Assembly: GCA_021816845.1 (NCBI GenBank)
Contig: JAKAWT010000001.1
Location: 70,087-134,086 of the forward strand
Length of the DNA stretch: 64,000 nt
Origin: a bacterium
Lineage (GTDB): Bacteria > Patescibacteriota > Dojkabacteria > JAKAPS01 > JAJZLI01
Direction: 5' to 3'
The translations under genes and the position numbers were made by a program. Positions 53,447 through 62,962 of the stretch are shown one piece after another. Numbering within the stretch: position 1 is the first letter of the stretch; every line of letters starts with the position of its first letter. The notes under the pieces are model-generated. The model was given only the letters and a program-made list of their open reading frames with translations. It was not told where the DNA came from and did no database searches.

Positions 53447-53670
53447 TACGAATCTATCTCTATAACCTCTTTAATCTCAGGAAATTCTTCTTTAATTATT
53501 GTTTCTATACCTCCCTTTAATGTCATAGCAGATAGAGCACACCCAGAACAAGCTCCTACCATTTTAACTGTGACTATATTATTTTTAACCCCAACAAGCT
53601 CTACATCACCTCCATGCTGATATATAAAAGGTCTTATCTCATTTAGAACATTTTCTATCTTGTTTTTCAT
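53446..53670 (-). CDS. NifU C-terminal (Nfu) Fe-S carrier
   Basis: IRPFI..HGGDVEL...GACSGC. Confidence 0.93.
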   Translation of the reverse strand: MKNKIENVLNEIRPFIYQHGGDVELVGVKNNIVTVKMVGACSGCALSAMTLKGGIETIIKEEFPEIKEVIEIDS

Positions 53671-53688
53671 GAATTAATTATACCACAA

Positions 53689-54351
53689 CTATCCTTTAAC
53701 AACACAAGAGAGAGGTTGTGTTAACTCTCCCCAAAGACCATACCCAGGAGGAGCTGAAGCATTAATTGAATTTCCATTAACATTTATGATAGGTGATTCT
53801 CCACCAGTAAGGTAAAATACTCCCCCTCCTTCTTTACAGAACCCAACAGCGTACCCTACTGGGAAACCTCCTAAATTACTTGACTGTCCAGAATTAACAT
53901 AGTCATCAACATAGAAGTATTGTGTTTGTGATGCAGATGTGAAGTTAGAGGAACCAGGATATCCATCAAATCCAGACCCTCCCGCAGAAGCTACACCAGT
54001 TAAAGCAGTGGATTGTACAACCCAATCATATGCTGGAGAATTACTAGGTTGATAAATAGCAAAACAGACATGTCCATTATTTGAGGTTCCCCCTATACAA
54101 GAAGAATTTTGATTCTCAAATAATACATCTGAAGGATAGTAGTGGTGACTATTAAAATAATTCTGCATATCTTTATTTATAGCCGATATAGCTGTGGATC
54201 TTACCTCATCTCTAGCTGTTACCTGAGCAGATCCTAGCCCAATAATGGCAATAGCAACCAAAATGCCTATAATAGCCATCACTATAAGAAGTTCAACCAA
54301 AGTAAATCCATCAGATCTAGGCATTTTATTAAAAATTCTATATATCTTCAT
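53689..54351 (-). CDS. Type IV pilin / pseudopilin
   Basis: G|FTLVELLIVMAIIGILVAIA; ARD..R; four Cys. Confidence 0.92.
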   Translation of the reverse strand: MKIYRIFNKMPRSDGFTLVELLIVMAIIGILVAIAIIGLGSAQVTARDEVRSTAISAINKDMQNYFNSHHYYPSDVLFENQNSSCIGGTSNNGHVCFAIYQPSNSPAYDWVVQSTALTGVASAGGSGFDGYPGSSNFTSASQTQYFYVDDYVNSGQSSNLGGFPVGYAVGFCKEGGGVFYLTGGESPIINVNGNSINASAPPGYGLWGELTQPLSCVVKG

Positions 54352-54424
54352 ACAAAAATAATACCCTAAATAGAAATTTTTTTAAATGCATAGAGAATAT
54401 AGATCTAATAAATGGTAATTCAAC

Positions 54425-54473
54425 AGATCAAGATCCTATGGATTCAGATCCAAGACTATAGAAGACTATAGAA
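54425..54473. repeat. Intergenic palindromic repeat units plus a 10-bp tandem repeat
   Basis: AGATCAAGATCC-TAT-GGATTCAGATCC followed by (AAGACTATAG)x2. Confidence 0.7.
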
Positions 54474-54520
54474 TTATTTTTCAATATTACATATAATACT
54501 CATGGTTTATATTAATCTTT

Positions 54521-55681
54521 ATGAAAATATTTAACAGTGGATCCATACCTTCTAATTCAAGTTTAAGTAATTTAGGCCTTACTTATGATGATATATTAAT
54601 CGTACCTAAGAGATCTGAAATATTATCAAGAAATGATACAGATCTTGAAACTAATCTTACAAAAAATATAAAGATAAAAACTCCAATTATAAGTGCTAAT
54701 ATGTCCTCAGTAACTGAATCTAGAATGGCAATTGATATGGCTTTATTTGGAGGAATAGGTTTTATCCACAGATTTATGACTATAGAAAGATGTGTTGATG
54801 AGATAAAAAAAGTAAAAAATTATCATTATGATAAAGAGAAATATAAATCAGCATCAAAAGATAAAAATGGAAAATTATTGGTTGGAGCTTCAATAGGTGT
54901 CAGAGATAATTATATGAAAAATACTGAAATGTTACTTACTGCTGGAGCAGACATAATAGTGATAGATGTAGCACATGGACACTCTATAAAAGCAATAAAC
55001 GCCGTTAAAGATCTAACCTCAGAATTTAAAGGATCTGGATCCAAAGGTTCTAAATCCAAGGACGATATAGTTCTTATAATAGGTAATATAGCTACATATG
55101 ATGCTGCTACAGAATTTATACAGCTTGGAGTTGATGCTTTAAAGGTAGGAATAGGACCTGGATCTGCTTGCTCAACTAGAATAGTTACTGGTGTTGGCAT
55201 ACCTCAAATTACAGCTATAGATGAAGTTTATAGAGCATCTAAAATCACTGGTATTCCAATAATAGCAGATGGAGGAATAAGGAATTCTGGAGATATAGCA
55301 AAAGCACTAGCTTGTGGAGCATCAAGCGTCATGATAGGAAATTTACTTGCAAGAACAATATCCTCTTCTGGAAATACAGTAGATATAAATGGAGAACTTT
55401 TTAAAGAGTATAAAGGAGAAGCTTCAAGAGCAGAAATGAACAAACAGTTTAAATTAGAAAGAAGAATAAATACAAAAAATCTAGTACCTGAAGGGGTGGA
55501 AGGTAGAGTACCAATTGATGGTACAGTCGAAGATACTTTAAATCGTTTAACTGGAGGCATACGATCTAGTATGAGCTACACTAATTCTAGAACATTAAAA
55601 GAATTTAGAGATAATGCAGAATTTATACAAATAACTACTGCAGGATTTAGAGAGAGTGCCCCTCATGATATTATATTATGA
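54521..55681 (+). CDS. IMP dehydrogenase / GMP reductase family enzyme without CBS domains
   Basis: LTYDDILIVP, IDVAHGHS, KVGIGPGSACSTR, IIADGGIR; GuaB versus GuaC not resolvable by eye. Confidence 0.9.
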   Translation: MKIFNSGSIPSNSSLSNLGLTYDDILIVPKRSEILSRNDTDLETNLTKNIKIKTPIISANMSSVTESRMAIDMALFGGIGFIHRFMTIERCVDEIKKVKNYHYDKEKYKSASKDKNGKLLVGASIGVRDNYMKNTEMLLTAGADIIVIDVAHGHSIKAINAVKDLTSEFKGSGSKGSKSKDDIVLIIGNIATYDAATEFIQLGVDALKVGIGPGSACSTRIVTGVGIPQITAIDEVYRASKITGIPIIADGGIRNSGDIAKALACGASSVMIGNLLARTISSSGNTVDINGELFKEYKGEASRAEMNKQFKLERRINTKNLVPEGVEGRVPIDGTVEDTLNRLTGGIRSSMSYTNSRTLKEFRDNAEFIQITTAGFRESAPHDIIL

Positions 55682-55998
55682 CCACTAAAACAGAGGACTT
55701 AACAAGCCAGACTCTAAATATACTTAAGGAATCAGACCTTAGTGAAGAAGATAAAACAAAACTTGCAAGAGATCTCATAGTCTCTTTGAGTGAAAATGAT
55801 GAGAATAAGGGGGTAAAAGTAATATCAGACCTTTGGGATTATGTAAAAAGTTCTTTTCTACCTACCTATGGTATTGTTGTTGGAGTAAAAAAAATTACTA
55901 ATGATGAGGTCACATCAGGAGTTATATGTATTCTAATCAATCTGGCATCAACACTTATTACAGTTTACTACCTCTCTAAACTATTAACCCTAGCTTAA
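55678..55998 (+). CDS. Hypothetical membrane protein
   Basis: 106-aa ORF coupled to the upstream gene by ATGA; hydrophobic C-terminus. Confidence 0.6.
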   Translation: MTTKTEDLTSQTLNILKESDLSEEDKTKLARDLIVSLSENDENKGVKVISDLWDYVKSSFLPTYGIVVGVKKITNDEVTSGVICILINLASTLITVYYLSKLLTLA

Positions 55999-56039
55999 TC
56001 TAGAGTACACGTACCTAGATATTTACAGAGATTATTAAT

Positions 56040-57923
56040 TTAATAATCATAATCAATATGATCTGGATCTATATCAGACAAGAACCTAGAGGGAGGATTA
56101 TCTTGATACCTACCATAAAGCATTCTTTTTTGAGCAAATGATAAAAATAGTCTTTCTTTTGCTCTAGTCATAGCTACATAACACAATCTCCTCTCTTCCT
56201 CCATCTGTTCAAGATCCATAAAGGACCTTTGATGAGGGAATATATTCTCCTCCATCCCTATAATAAATACATTTTTAAATTCTAATCCTTTTGCTTGATG
56301 GATACTCATCATGGTTACAACATTTGAAGATTCCTCTATTTCTTCCTTCTGAACCAAAGATATATCAAATAGTAGATCTGTAATTGTTTCGTATTTTAGT
56401 GCCATACCAATAAATTCATAAATATTTTCCATCCTAGATATGCCTAAATCACCTTCTGGTAAAACATATTTTTCGTAATCAATTTTTTTTACAACATACT
56501 TTATAAATTCTGATGGAGTTAACTCTGAATTCACTGAACTCAAACATTTCCTCAAATCCTCTATAATACCAACAAATGATAAGACTTGAGGTGTTAATGA
56601 TTCTTTCATATTTAATATATATTCACCAATAGAAAGACCCTCTAAGGATGCCTGCTCTTGTAATCTTGATAAAGTTGTAGCACCAATTTTACGAGTTGGC
56701 ACATTTATAATACGTGTTAAAGCCACTGTATCATTTGGATTGACTATAAATCTTAGGTACGAAACTATATCTTTTATCTCTTTTCGTTGATAAAATTTTA
56801 ATCCACCAAAAATCCTATATGGAATTTGATCACGGACAAAATATTCTTCTATAACCCTTGATTGAGCATTAGTACGATATAAAACTGCATAATCAGAAAA
56901 ATTAGTTTTGAGTATTTTTATCTTATCTACAACATATCTCGCTTCATCAACTTCATCTAATGCTTGATATAATTTTACTGGATGACCTACCTGATTCTCT
57001 GTCCATAATTTTTTTTCATATCTTAATCTATTTTGAGCTATTACAGATTGAGATGCTGCTAGTATTCTTTTTGTTGATCTGTAATTTTGTTCCAGTTTAA
57101 TTATCCTCCCATTTGGAAAATCTTTTTTGAAAGATAATATATTTTGTATATTAGTTCCTCTCCAAGAATATATGTTTTGATCAGGATCTCCTACGAAACA
57201 AACATTATCACAAGATATTTCCTTTATAAGATTATATTGAATGTTATTTGTGTCTTGATACTCATCAACAAGAATATATTTAAGGCTATTTTTGAATTTA
57301 TTTTTAAAATCAATATCGTTTTTTAAAAGATATAAACTATTAAATAATATATCATCAAAATCCATTGCATTATTTTCTTTTAATCTTTTTTGATACAGAG
57401 GATATGTAGCTTGTATAATTTCTTCATAGAAATCATTTGCTATGTACTCTGATGGAAATACATAATTTGACTTAGCTTTTGATATACCAGATAAAATAGC
57501 ATTTGGAGAAAATTTTGAAGAATCTATGTTTAACTCTTTAAAAATTTCCTTCATGATTTTTTCTTGATCATCATCATCAAATATTACTAAGTTCTTTGAC
57601 AGATTAATTCTCTCACCTTCTAATCTTAAAATATTTAGAAATACTGAATGAAAAGTACCTAGATATGGAAAATATAAATGTCCACCAAGAAGATCAGTAA
57701 TTCTCTCTCTAATTTCAAATGCAGCTTTATTAGTAAATGTAACAGCGAAAATCTCAGAAGGATGTATATTCTTTTCTTTGATTAAATATGCAATTTTATA
57801 TGTTAGAGCCTTTGTTTTCCCAGATCCAGCACCGGCCAGTACAAGAAGGGGAATATTTATTCCCTCTAATACTGCTTCTTTCTGCTTATTATTTAAATCG
57901 TTCAACATACGGAAGTTGTTCAT
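56040..57923 (-). CDS. pcrA: ATP-dependent DNA helicase UvrD/PcrA
   Basis: AGAGSGKT, VDEYQDTN, EQNYRS, AKGLEF, EEERRLCYVAMTRA. Confidence 0.96.
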   Translation of the reverse strand: MNNFRMLNDLNNKQKEAVLEGINIPLLVLAGAGSGKTKALTYKIAYLIKEKNIHPSEIFAVTFTNKAAFEIRERITDLLGGHLYFPYLGTFHSVFLNILRLEGERINLSKNLVIFDDDDQEKIMKEIFKELNIDSSKFSPNAILSGISKAKSNYVFPSEYIANDFYEEIIQATYPLYQKRLKENNAMDFDDILFNSLYLLKNDIDFKNKFKNSLKYILVDEYQDTNNIQYNLIKEISCDNVCFVGDPDQNIYSWRGTNIQNILSFKKDFPNGRIIKLEQNYRSTKRILAASQSVIAQNRLRYEKKLWTENQVGHPVKLYQALDEVDEARYVVDKIKILKTNFSDYAVLYRTNAQSRVIEEYFVRDQIPYRIFGGLKFYQRKEIKDIVSYLRFIVNPNDTVALTRIINVPTRKIGATTLSRLQEQASLEGLSIGEYILNMKESLTPQVLSFVGIIEDLRKCLSSVNSELTPSEFIKYVVKKIDYEKYVLPEGDLGISRMENIYEFIGMALKYETITDLLFDISLVQKEEIEESSNVVTMMSIHQAKGLEFKNVFIIGMEENIFPHQRSFMDLEQMEEERRLCYVAMTRAKERLFLSFAQKRMLYGRYQDNPPSRFLSDIDPDHIDYDY

Positions 57924-58344
57924 TTATTATTGAATATTTTTTTAAATATGATGACATCACCCAACCTGTACTATTAGTAGCACCATCACCATTAAAACCT
58001 ATAAATTTCATTTTCACCTCATACCATCCTGAACTATATTTTTCTATTGTAACACTTGTATTGGTAATAATTGAAGTATGTGAAGATGACAATGGTGGGT
58101 TGTATAAATTTATATTTCCAATTGAATTTATAGATACTATAATCATAGGATAGTTTTTTTATAAACATGTGGCTCCTTAATTTAAAATATATGTGTTTTT
58201 CCACCTAGAAATTAGACTATCTGAAGAATTGTTAATATTTGCAAATATTGGAATTTGTATAATATTAGAAAATATAAAAATTACATTACAAACATCTGAA
58301 GTACAAGTGCCTAGGGCAACTTTAACAATATTTTTATATTTCAT
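57889..58344 (-). pseudogene. Probable decayed secreted SH3b-domain gene
   Basis: The 3' ORF has SH3-like VTI..YSSGWYEV...GWVMSSYL; the same frame from ATG 58344 is broken by two TAA stops near 58160-58180. Confidence 0.5.
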
Positions 58345-58346
58345 AC

Positions 58347-59282
58347 TCAAACTATATATAGAACAAAAAAGGTAACAAATAAATACAAAATTATAGCAAT
58401 AAATAAAGGTCTGTCTTTATACCAAATTGTCTCAGGAACACCACCTTCTTTTTTGACATATAGATTATACATATATCTTGCAATTATATAAAAAATTATA
58501 GGTATTGTGACTTTAACCCAGTGAGGATTTTTTAAATGACTAGGTAAAAAAGACGAAATAATACTTGGAGTGTGAGAATTTAAATCTTCATTATACGAAA
58601 ATAGTATATAGGACATAAATGTTGCAGCAGCAGTCATTGCTATAAGATTATCTAACAGTTCTTTTGGATAAGATTTTAAAACATTTCTATGTATAATAGC
58701 ATTTTTAAAAGACATTATTGTAATTTCTGCTCTCCTCTTCCCAAATGCAACAAATAAGGATAATGCTACTATGAAAATAACAAACCATGAATTTATAGAT
58801 GAACCTATAACAACTCCTCCTGCTAAAACACGTAATACAAAGAGTGTAGCAGTAGTTAGTGAGTCTATTATTAATATTTCTTTTAAATATAATGAATATA
58901 TTACGACAATAATGTAATAAGCAACAAATATACCAGCTAAATACTCACTAACTAAAATAGAGAAGAATAATCCTATTATAAAAAGTATCATAGATATAAT
59001 TAAAGCCTCTCCTCTGGACACAAAACCTGCAGCTATAGGTCTATGCTTTTTCTGAGGATGTATTTTGTCTCTTTTATAGTCAACTATATCATTAATAAGG
59101 TATGCTGAAGATGATAATACTACAAGAATAAAAAATGATAATATTACTATAGTATCATCATGTATATTGAAAATATCTCTATTGTAAAAAAGAAAAGCAA
59201 AAACCAACAGATTTTTAACCCATTGACGTGGTCTTAAAGCTAGAAAAATATATTTAGCATGGTTTAACAACTTATTCATCAA
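58347..59282 (-). CDS. UbiA-family prenyltransferase (decaprenyl-phosphate phosphoribosyltransferase-like)
   Basis: LRPRQWVKN, YLINDIVD...HPQKKHRPIAAG, FGKRRAE. Confidence 0.92.
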   Translation of the reverse strand: MMNKLLNHAKYIFLALRPRQWVKNLLVFAFLFYNRDIFNIHDDTIVILSFFILVVLSSSAYLINDIVDYKRDKIHPQKKHRPIAAGFVSRGEALIISMILFIIGLFFSILVSEYLAGIFVAYYIIVVIYSLYLKEILIIDSLTTATLFVLRVLAGGVVIGSSINSWFVIFIVALSLFVAFGKRRAEITIMSFKNAIIHRNVLKSYPKELLDNLIAMTAAATFMSYILFSYNEDLNSHTPSIISSFLPSHLKNPHWVKVTIPIIFYIIARYMYNLYVKKEGGVPETIWYKDRPLFIAIILYLFVTFFVLYIV

Positions 59283-59320
59283 TATGTATTATAATACATA
59301 TACAAAGATATGAATATATT

Positions 59321-60535
59321 ATGAAAAAATATGACATAGGATATATTAGTATTTTTTTAACAATAATTGGAGTAACTTTAGGCAGTTTATTGCTACGTTC
59401 CAATGTTTTTGCTGGTAAATATTATAGTAATATCCTCAAAAAAGATATCTCATATATTAAAGATGGACAATATACTAATCTCTGGAAAAATTTGTCTCTA
59501 TATCAGAAACAAAAATTTATTAATGAAAATAATTTCATTAATTTTATGAAAAACAAATACCATCCTTTGAATATATCTATAAAAAATCTAACTGTACTTA
59601 ATCATACAAAAATGGAGACCACACTATCAGTAATATTAAATATGCAATCTCCAAATAAAAATTATATCGTCCCTAAATACTATAGAAATAACTTCAAAAT
59701 TGTATTAAATAATAACAATCAATTTATACATATGGGTCAATTTTCTCTTACATCTCCAATAGTGAAGAATACAACAACTGGTAATATGACAGTTGATATA
59801 CCTATTGTTATGTTACATAGAGTTGCCCCAGTCTTCCCTAAAAGATCAAATTTTAACTCACAATATGGGTATTTACTTGATTATAATCTGACTCTGCTAA
59901 GCTCTGCTTTTATACAACAATTACAATGGTTAAAACAAAATAATTATAAAACCATAACTCTAACTGAACTCTACAATCACTATTACTATAATACTGCTAT
60001 CCCTAAAAAACCTATAATTCTGACATTTGATGATGGTAGATTGAGTGCATACACATATGGAGTCCCTATATTACTGCAGTATCATGATACTGCAACATTT
60101 AATATAATCACAGGATTTGTAGGTTCAAGTAAAAAAAATTATCAGTATATGACATGGAAAGTTATAAAAACAATCCAAAAAGAAGGTATGCAAATCGAGT
60201 CACATACTGTAACACATCTTGCACTAGGATCATTACCACCAAATTTAATGCAATATCAAATACTTATATCTAAACAAAAACTAGAACAAGAACTTGGAAT
60301 TCCAATTCAATTTTTAGCTTATCCTTCTGGATCACCTTTTAGGGATAACAACATAAAACAGGAACAAGAATTAACCACCTTAATGGAACAAGATGGATAT
60401 ATAGGAGGAATGTTAGATCAGAGATATAATCAAACGAAGCAGAATCTTAAAAATTCTTATCACCTATATAGAATTAGAGATTCTGGTAATATCTCACTAT
60501 CGCAATTTATATATGAAATCCAAAGTAGTGAGTAA
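59321..60535 (+). CDS. Exported polysaccharide deacetylase (NodB/CE4)
   Basis: PIVMLH, LTFDDG, ESHTVTH, LAYPSG. Confidence 0.9.
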   Translation: MKKYDIGYISIFLTIIGVTLGSLLLRSNVFAGKYYSNILKKDISYIKDGQYTNLWKNLSLYQKQKFINENNFINFMKNKYHPLNISIKNLTVLNHTKMETTLSVILNMQSPNKNYIVPKYYRNNFKIVLNNNNQFIHMGQFSLTSPIVKNTTTGNMTVDIPIVMLHRVAPVFPKRSNFNSQYGYLLDYNLTLLSSAFIQQLQWLKQNNYKTITLTELYNHYYYNTAIPKKPIILTFDDGRLSAYTYGVPILLQYHDTATFNIITGFVGSSKKNYQYMTWKVIKTIQKEGMQIESHTVTHLALGSLPPNLMQYQILISKQKLEQELGIPIQFLAYPSGSPFRDNNIKQEQELTTLMEQDGYIGGMLDQRYNQTKQNLKNSYHLYRIRDSGNISLSQFIYEIQSSE

Positions 60536-60536
60536 C

Positions 60537-62330
60537 TTATGTATATAGTTTTATAAATACATCAGAGGGAATATCTACTTTACCGAATCTCTTTGTTCTC
60601 TTTTTACCTTTTTTTTGTTTTTCCAACAGTTTCATCCTCCTTGTTGGATCACCACCATATAATTTTTGAGTAACATCCTTCCTGAATGCCTTAACATCCT
60701 CTCTTGCAACAATTTTTCCATTTATACTTGCTTGTATAGGAATAGAGAATTGAGTTCTTGGAATGAGATCTTTCAATTTAGTACAATATTGTAAAGCTAC
60801 CTCTAATGCCTTATCTTTATGAATTAACATGGACAAAGGCTCTATCAATTCATGATTTACTAAAAAATCAACTCGCACAACTTCAGTGTCGAAAAACCCA
60901 ATAAGTGAATAATCCATAGATGCATCACCAGAAGTTAGAGATTTTAAATCATCAAAAAAATTAAAAATCAATGATGATAAGGGAAGATTAATTGTTATTA
61001 TAACTCTTTCAATATTTACACTTTTATTCTGTGAAAATGTAGAGTTTATAAAAACACCTCTTTTTGATGATATAAATGATACAATTTTATTAAAATATTG
61101 TTGTGATGCAATAATATCCATAGATACATATGGCTCTTTGATATTTATTATTTTTGAGAAATCAGATATTTCAGTAGGGCTAGTAATATCAGCTTCTGTA
61201 TAATCACTATAAGTAACATGGTATTCCACTGAAGGTATACTCATAAAAATAGATACATTATATTCTATTTCTAATCTTTCTTTGACTACATCAGCATGTA
61301 GCAAACCTAAGAATCCACATTTATATCCAAAACCTAATATTTCATTAGTAACTGGTGTAACATCCAAAGAATAGTCATTTAATGATAATTTCAAAACTGC
61401 ATCTTTAAAATTGTCTATATCTGCAGCATCAACTGGATATATTGATGCAAAAACCATACTTTTAGGTTTAGAAATCTCAAATATAGGTTTATCTTGAATA
61501 TTTTTCACTATTGTATCCTGGACAACAACATCTTTGACATATTTTATTCCTGTAGTGACAAAGCAAACATCTCCAGCATGTACTTCATTTTGTGGATCGA
61601 GTTTACCTCTTACATATCCTAATGATAGAACTTGCATGGGCTTTTTCTTTGAGCAAAAATATATTGTATCACCCTTTTTTAATATACCATCTACGACTTT
61701 TACAAGAAGAATAACACCTTGGTACTCATCAAAGAAAGAATCAAAAACAAACCCTCTAAAATTTTTTGATACATCACACAAGGGTTGAGGAATTTTTTCT
61801 ATTATTGCATTTATCAATTTATCTATTCCAATACCTGTCTTACCAGAAGTGAATATTATATCTTCCTTATTAAATCCTAATATTGCTTTAATTTCAGCTA
61901 ATACTCTATCTATATCTATACCTTTTATATCTACTTTATTTAAAACGGGTATAACAGGTATATTTAATTCTATGGCCTGAAGGTAATTACCTATGGTTTG
62001 GGCTTCAATACCCCCAGATGCATCTATAAGAAGTATTGCCCCATCTGAGGCTTTTAGCGACCTTGCAACTTCTCCTTGAAAATCAACGTGTCCCGGTGTA
62101 TCTATAAGGTTTAATGTATAACCTTTATATTCCATACGGATTGTTTGTAGTTTAATAGTAATACCTCTTTCTCTCTCAAGCTCAAGGTTATCTAAGAATT
62201 GATCTTTTAAATCTCTTTTTGATATTGTATGGGTATATTCCAAAAGCTTATCTGATAAAGTAGATTTACCGTGGTCAACATGGGCGATAATTGAGAAATT
62301 ACGAATTTTAGAAGATGGATTAAAATCCAT
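60537..62330 (-). CDS. lepA: Elongation factor 4
   Basis: IRNFSIIAHVDHGKST, DTPGHVDF, CGFLGLLH, KLYGGD. Confidence 0.98.
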   Translation of the reverse strand: MDFNPSSKIRNFSIIAHVDHGKSTLSDKLLEYTHTISKRDLKDQFLDNLELERERGITIKLQTIRMEYKGYTLNLIDTPGHVDFQGEVARSLKASDGAILLIDASGGIEAQTIGNYLQAIELNIPVIPVLNKVDIKGIDIDRVLAEIKAILGFNKEDIIFTSGKTGIGIDKLINAIIEKIPQPLCDVSKNFRGFVFDSFFDEYQGVILLVKVVDGILKKGDTIYFCSKKKPMQVLSLGYVRGKLDPQNEVHAGDVCFVTTGIKYVKDVVVQDTIVKNIQDKPIFEISKPKSMVFASIYPVDAADIDNFKDAVLKLSLNDYSLDVTPVTNEILGFGYKCGFLGLLHADVVKERLEIEYNVSIFMSIPSVEYHVTYSDYTEADITSPTEISDFSKIINIKEPYVSMDIIASQQYFNKIVSFISSKRGVFINSTFSQNKSVNIERVIITINLPLSSLIFNFFDDLKSLTSGDASMDYSLIGFFDTEVVRVDFLVNHELIEPLSMLIHKDKALEVALQYCTKLKDLIPRTQFSIPIQASINGKIVAREDVKAFRKDVTQKLYGGDPTRRMKLLEKQKKGKKRTKRFGKVDIPSDVFIKLYT

Positions 62331-62331
62331 T

Positions 62332-62688
62332 TTATTTTTTTGTATTTGAAACTTGACCTTTAGAACCTTTGGATCTAGATCCTGTGGACTTAAATCCTTG
62401 GCTATTTTTGCCTATTTTTGACTTTATGACTTTGAAATCTTCAGGATGAGATTCTCTCAAAAGTATTTTTGATAATCTTGATTTCTCCCTTGCAGCCTTA
62501 TTTTTATGATAAATATTTTTTTTGGCCATTTTATCAATAATAGAAAATAAAGCTGATAAAGATTTTGAATCTGGGTTTTTGTGATAAGCTTTAGTCATTT
62601 TATCGACATTAGTTCTATAACCATTATTGAGAAAGGTTCTTCTTTTAGTTCTTCTTATATCCTTCAAAGATGATTTTAAATTTGCCAT
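62332..62688 (-). CDS. rpsT: 30S ribosomal protein S20 with a C-terminal extension
   Basis: MANLKSS.K...IDKMAKKNIYHKNKAAREKSRL. Confidence 0.95.
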   Translation of the reverse strand: MANLKSSLKDIRRTKRRTFLNNGYRTNVDKMTKAYHKNPDSKSLSALFSIIDKMAKKNIYHKNKAAREKSRLSKILLRESHPEDFKVIKSKIGKNSQGFKSTGSRSKGSKGQVSNTKK

Positions 62689-62773
62689 ATGAGTTTGAGT
62701 ATACTAGAAAAATTACCCTAAATCAAATAATTAAGGGTCAAAATCTAATTATTGAGATTAGCATTATATGTTT

Positions 62774-62855
62774 TGGAGGAGGAGGAGATAGTGTTTTAAA
62801 AGTTTTATAAGGGATTACCTTAACTTTTAAGAACACTACCCCTCCTCTCTCTCAA
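62774..62855. other. Long imperfect hairpin between rpsT and the L,D-transpeptidase gene
   Basis: GAGGAG..TAGTGTTTTAAAAGTT / AACTTTTAAGAACACTA..CTCCTC inverted repeat. Confidence 0.6.
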
Positions 62856-62962
62856 TTATTTATCAGCAACTCTGAGAAGGATCGTACGAATACGATAAAT
62901 TCTACTATGTTACTGAAAGTTCTTTCCATAGAGGTCCTCCATTGGATCTAGTTTTGACATTG

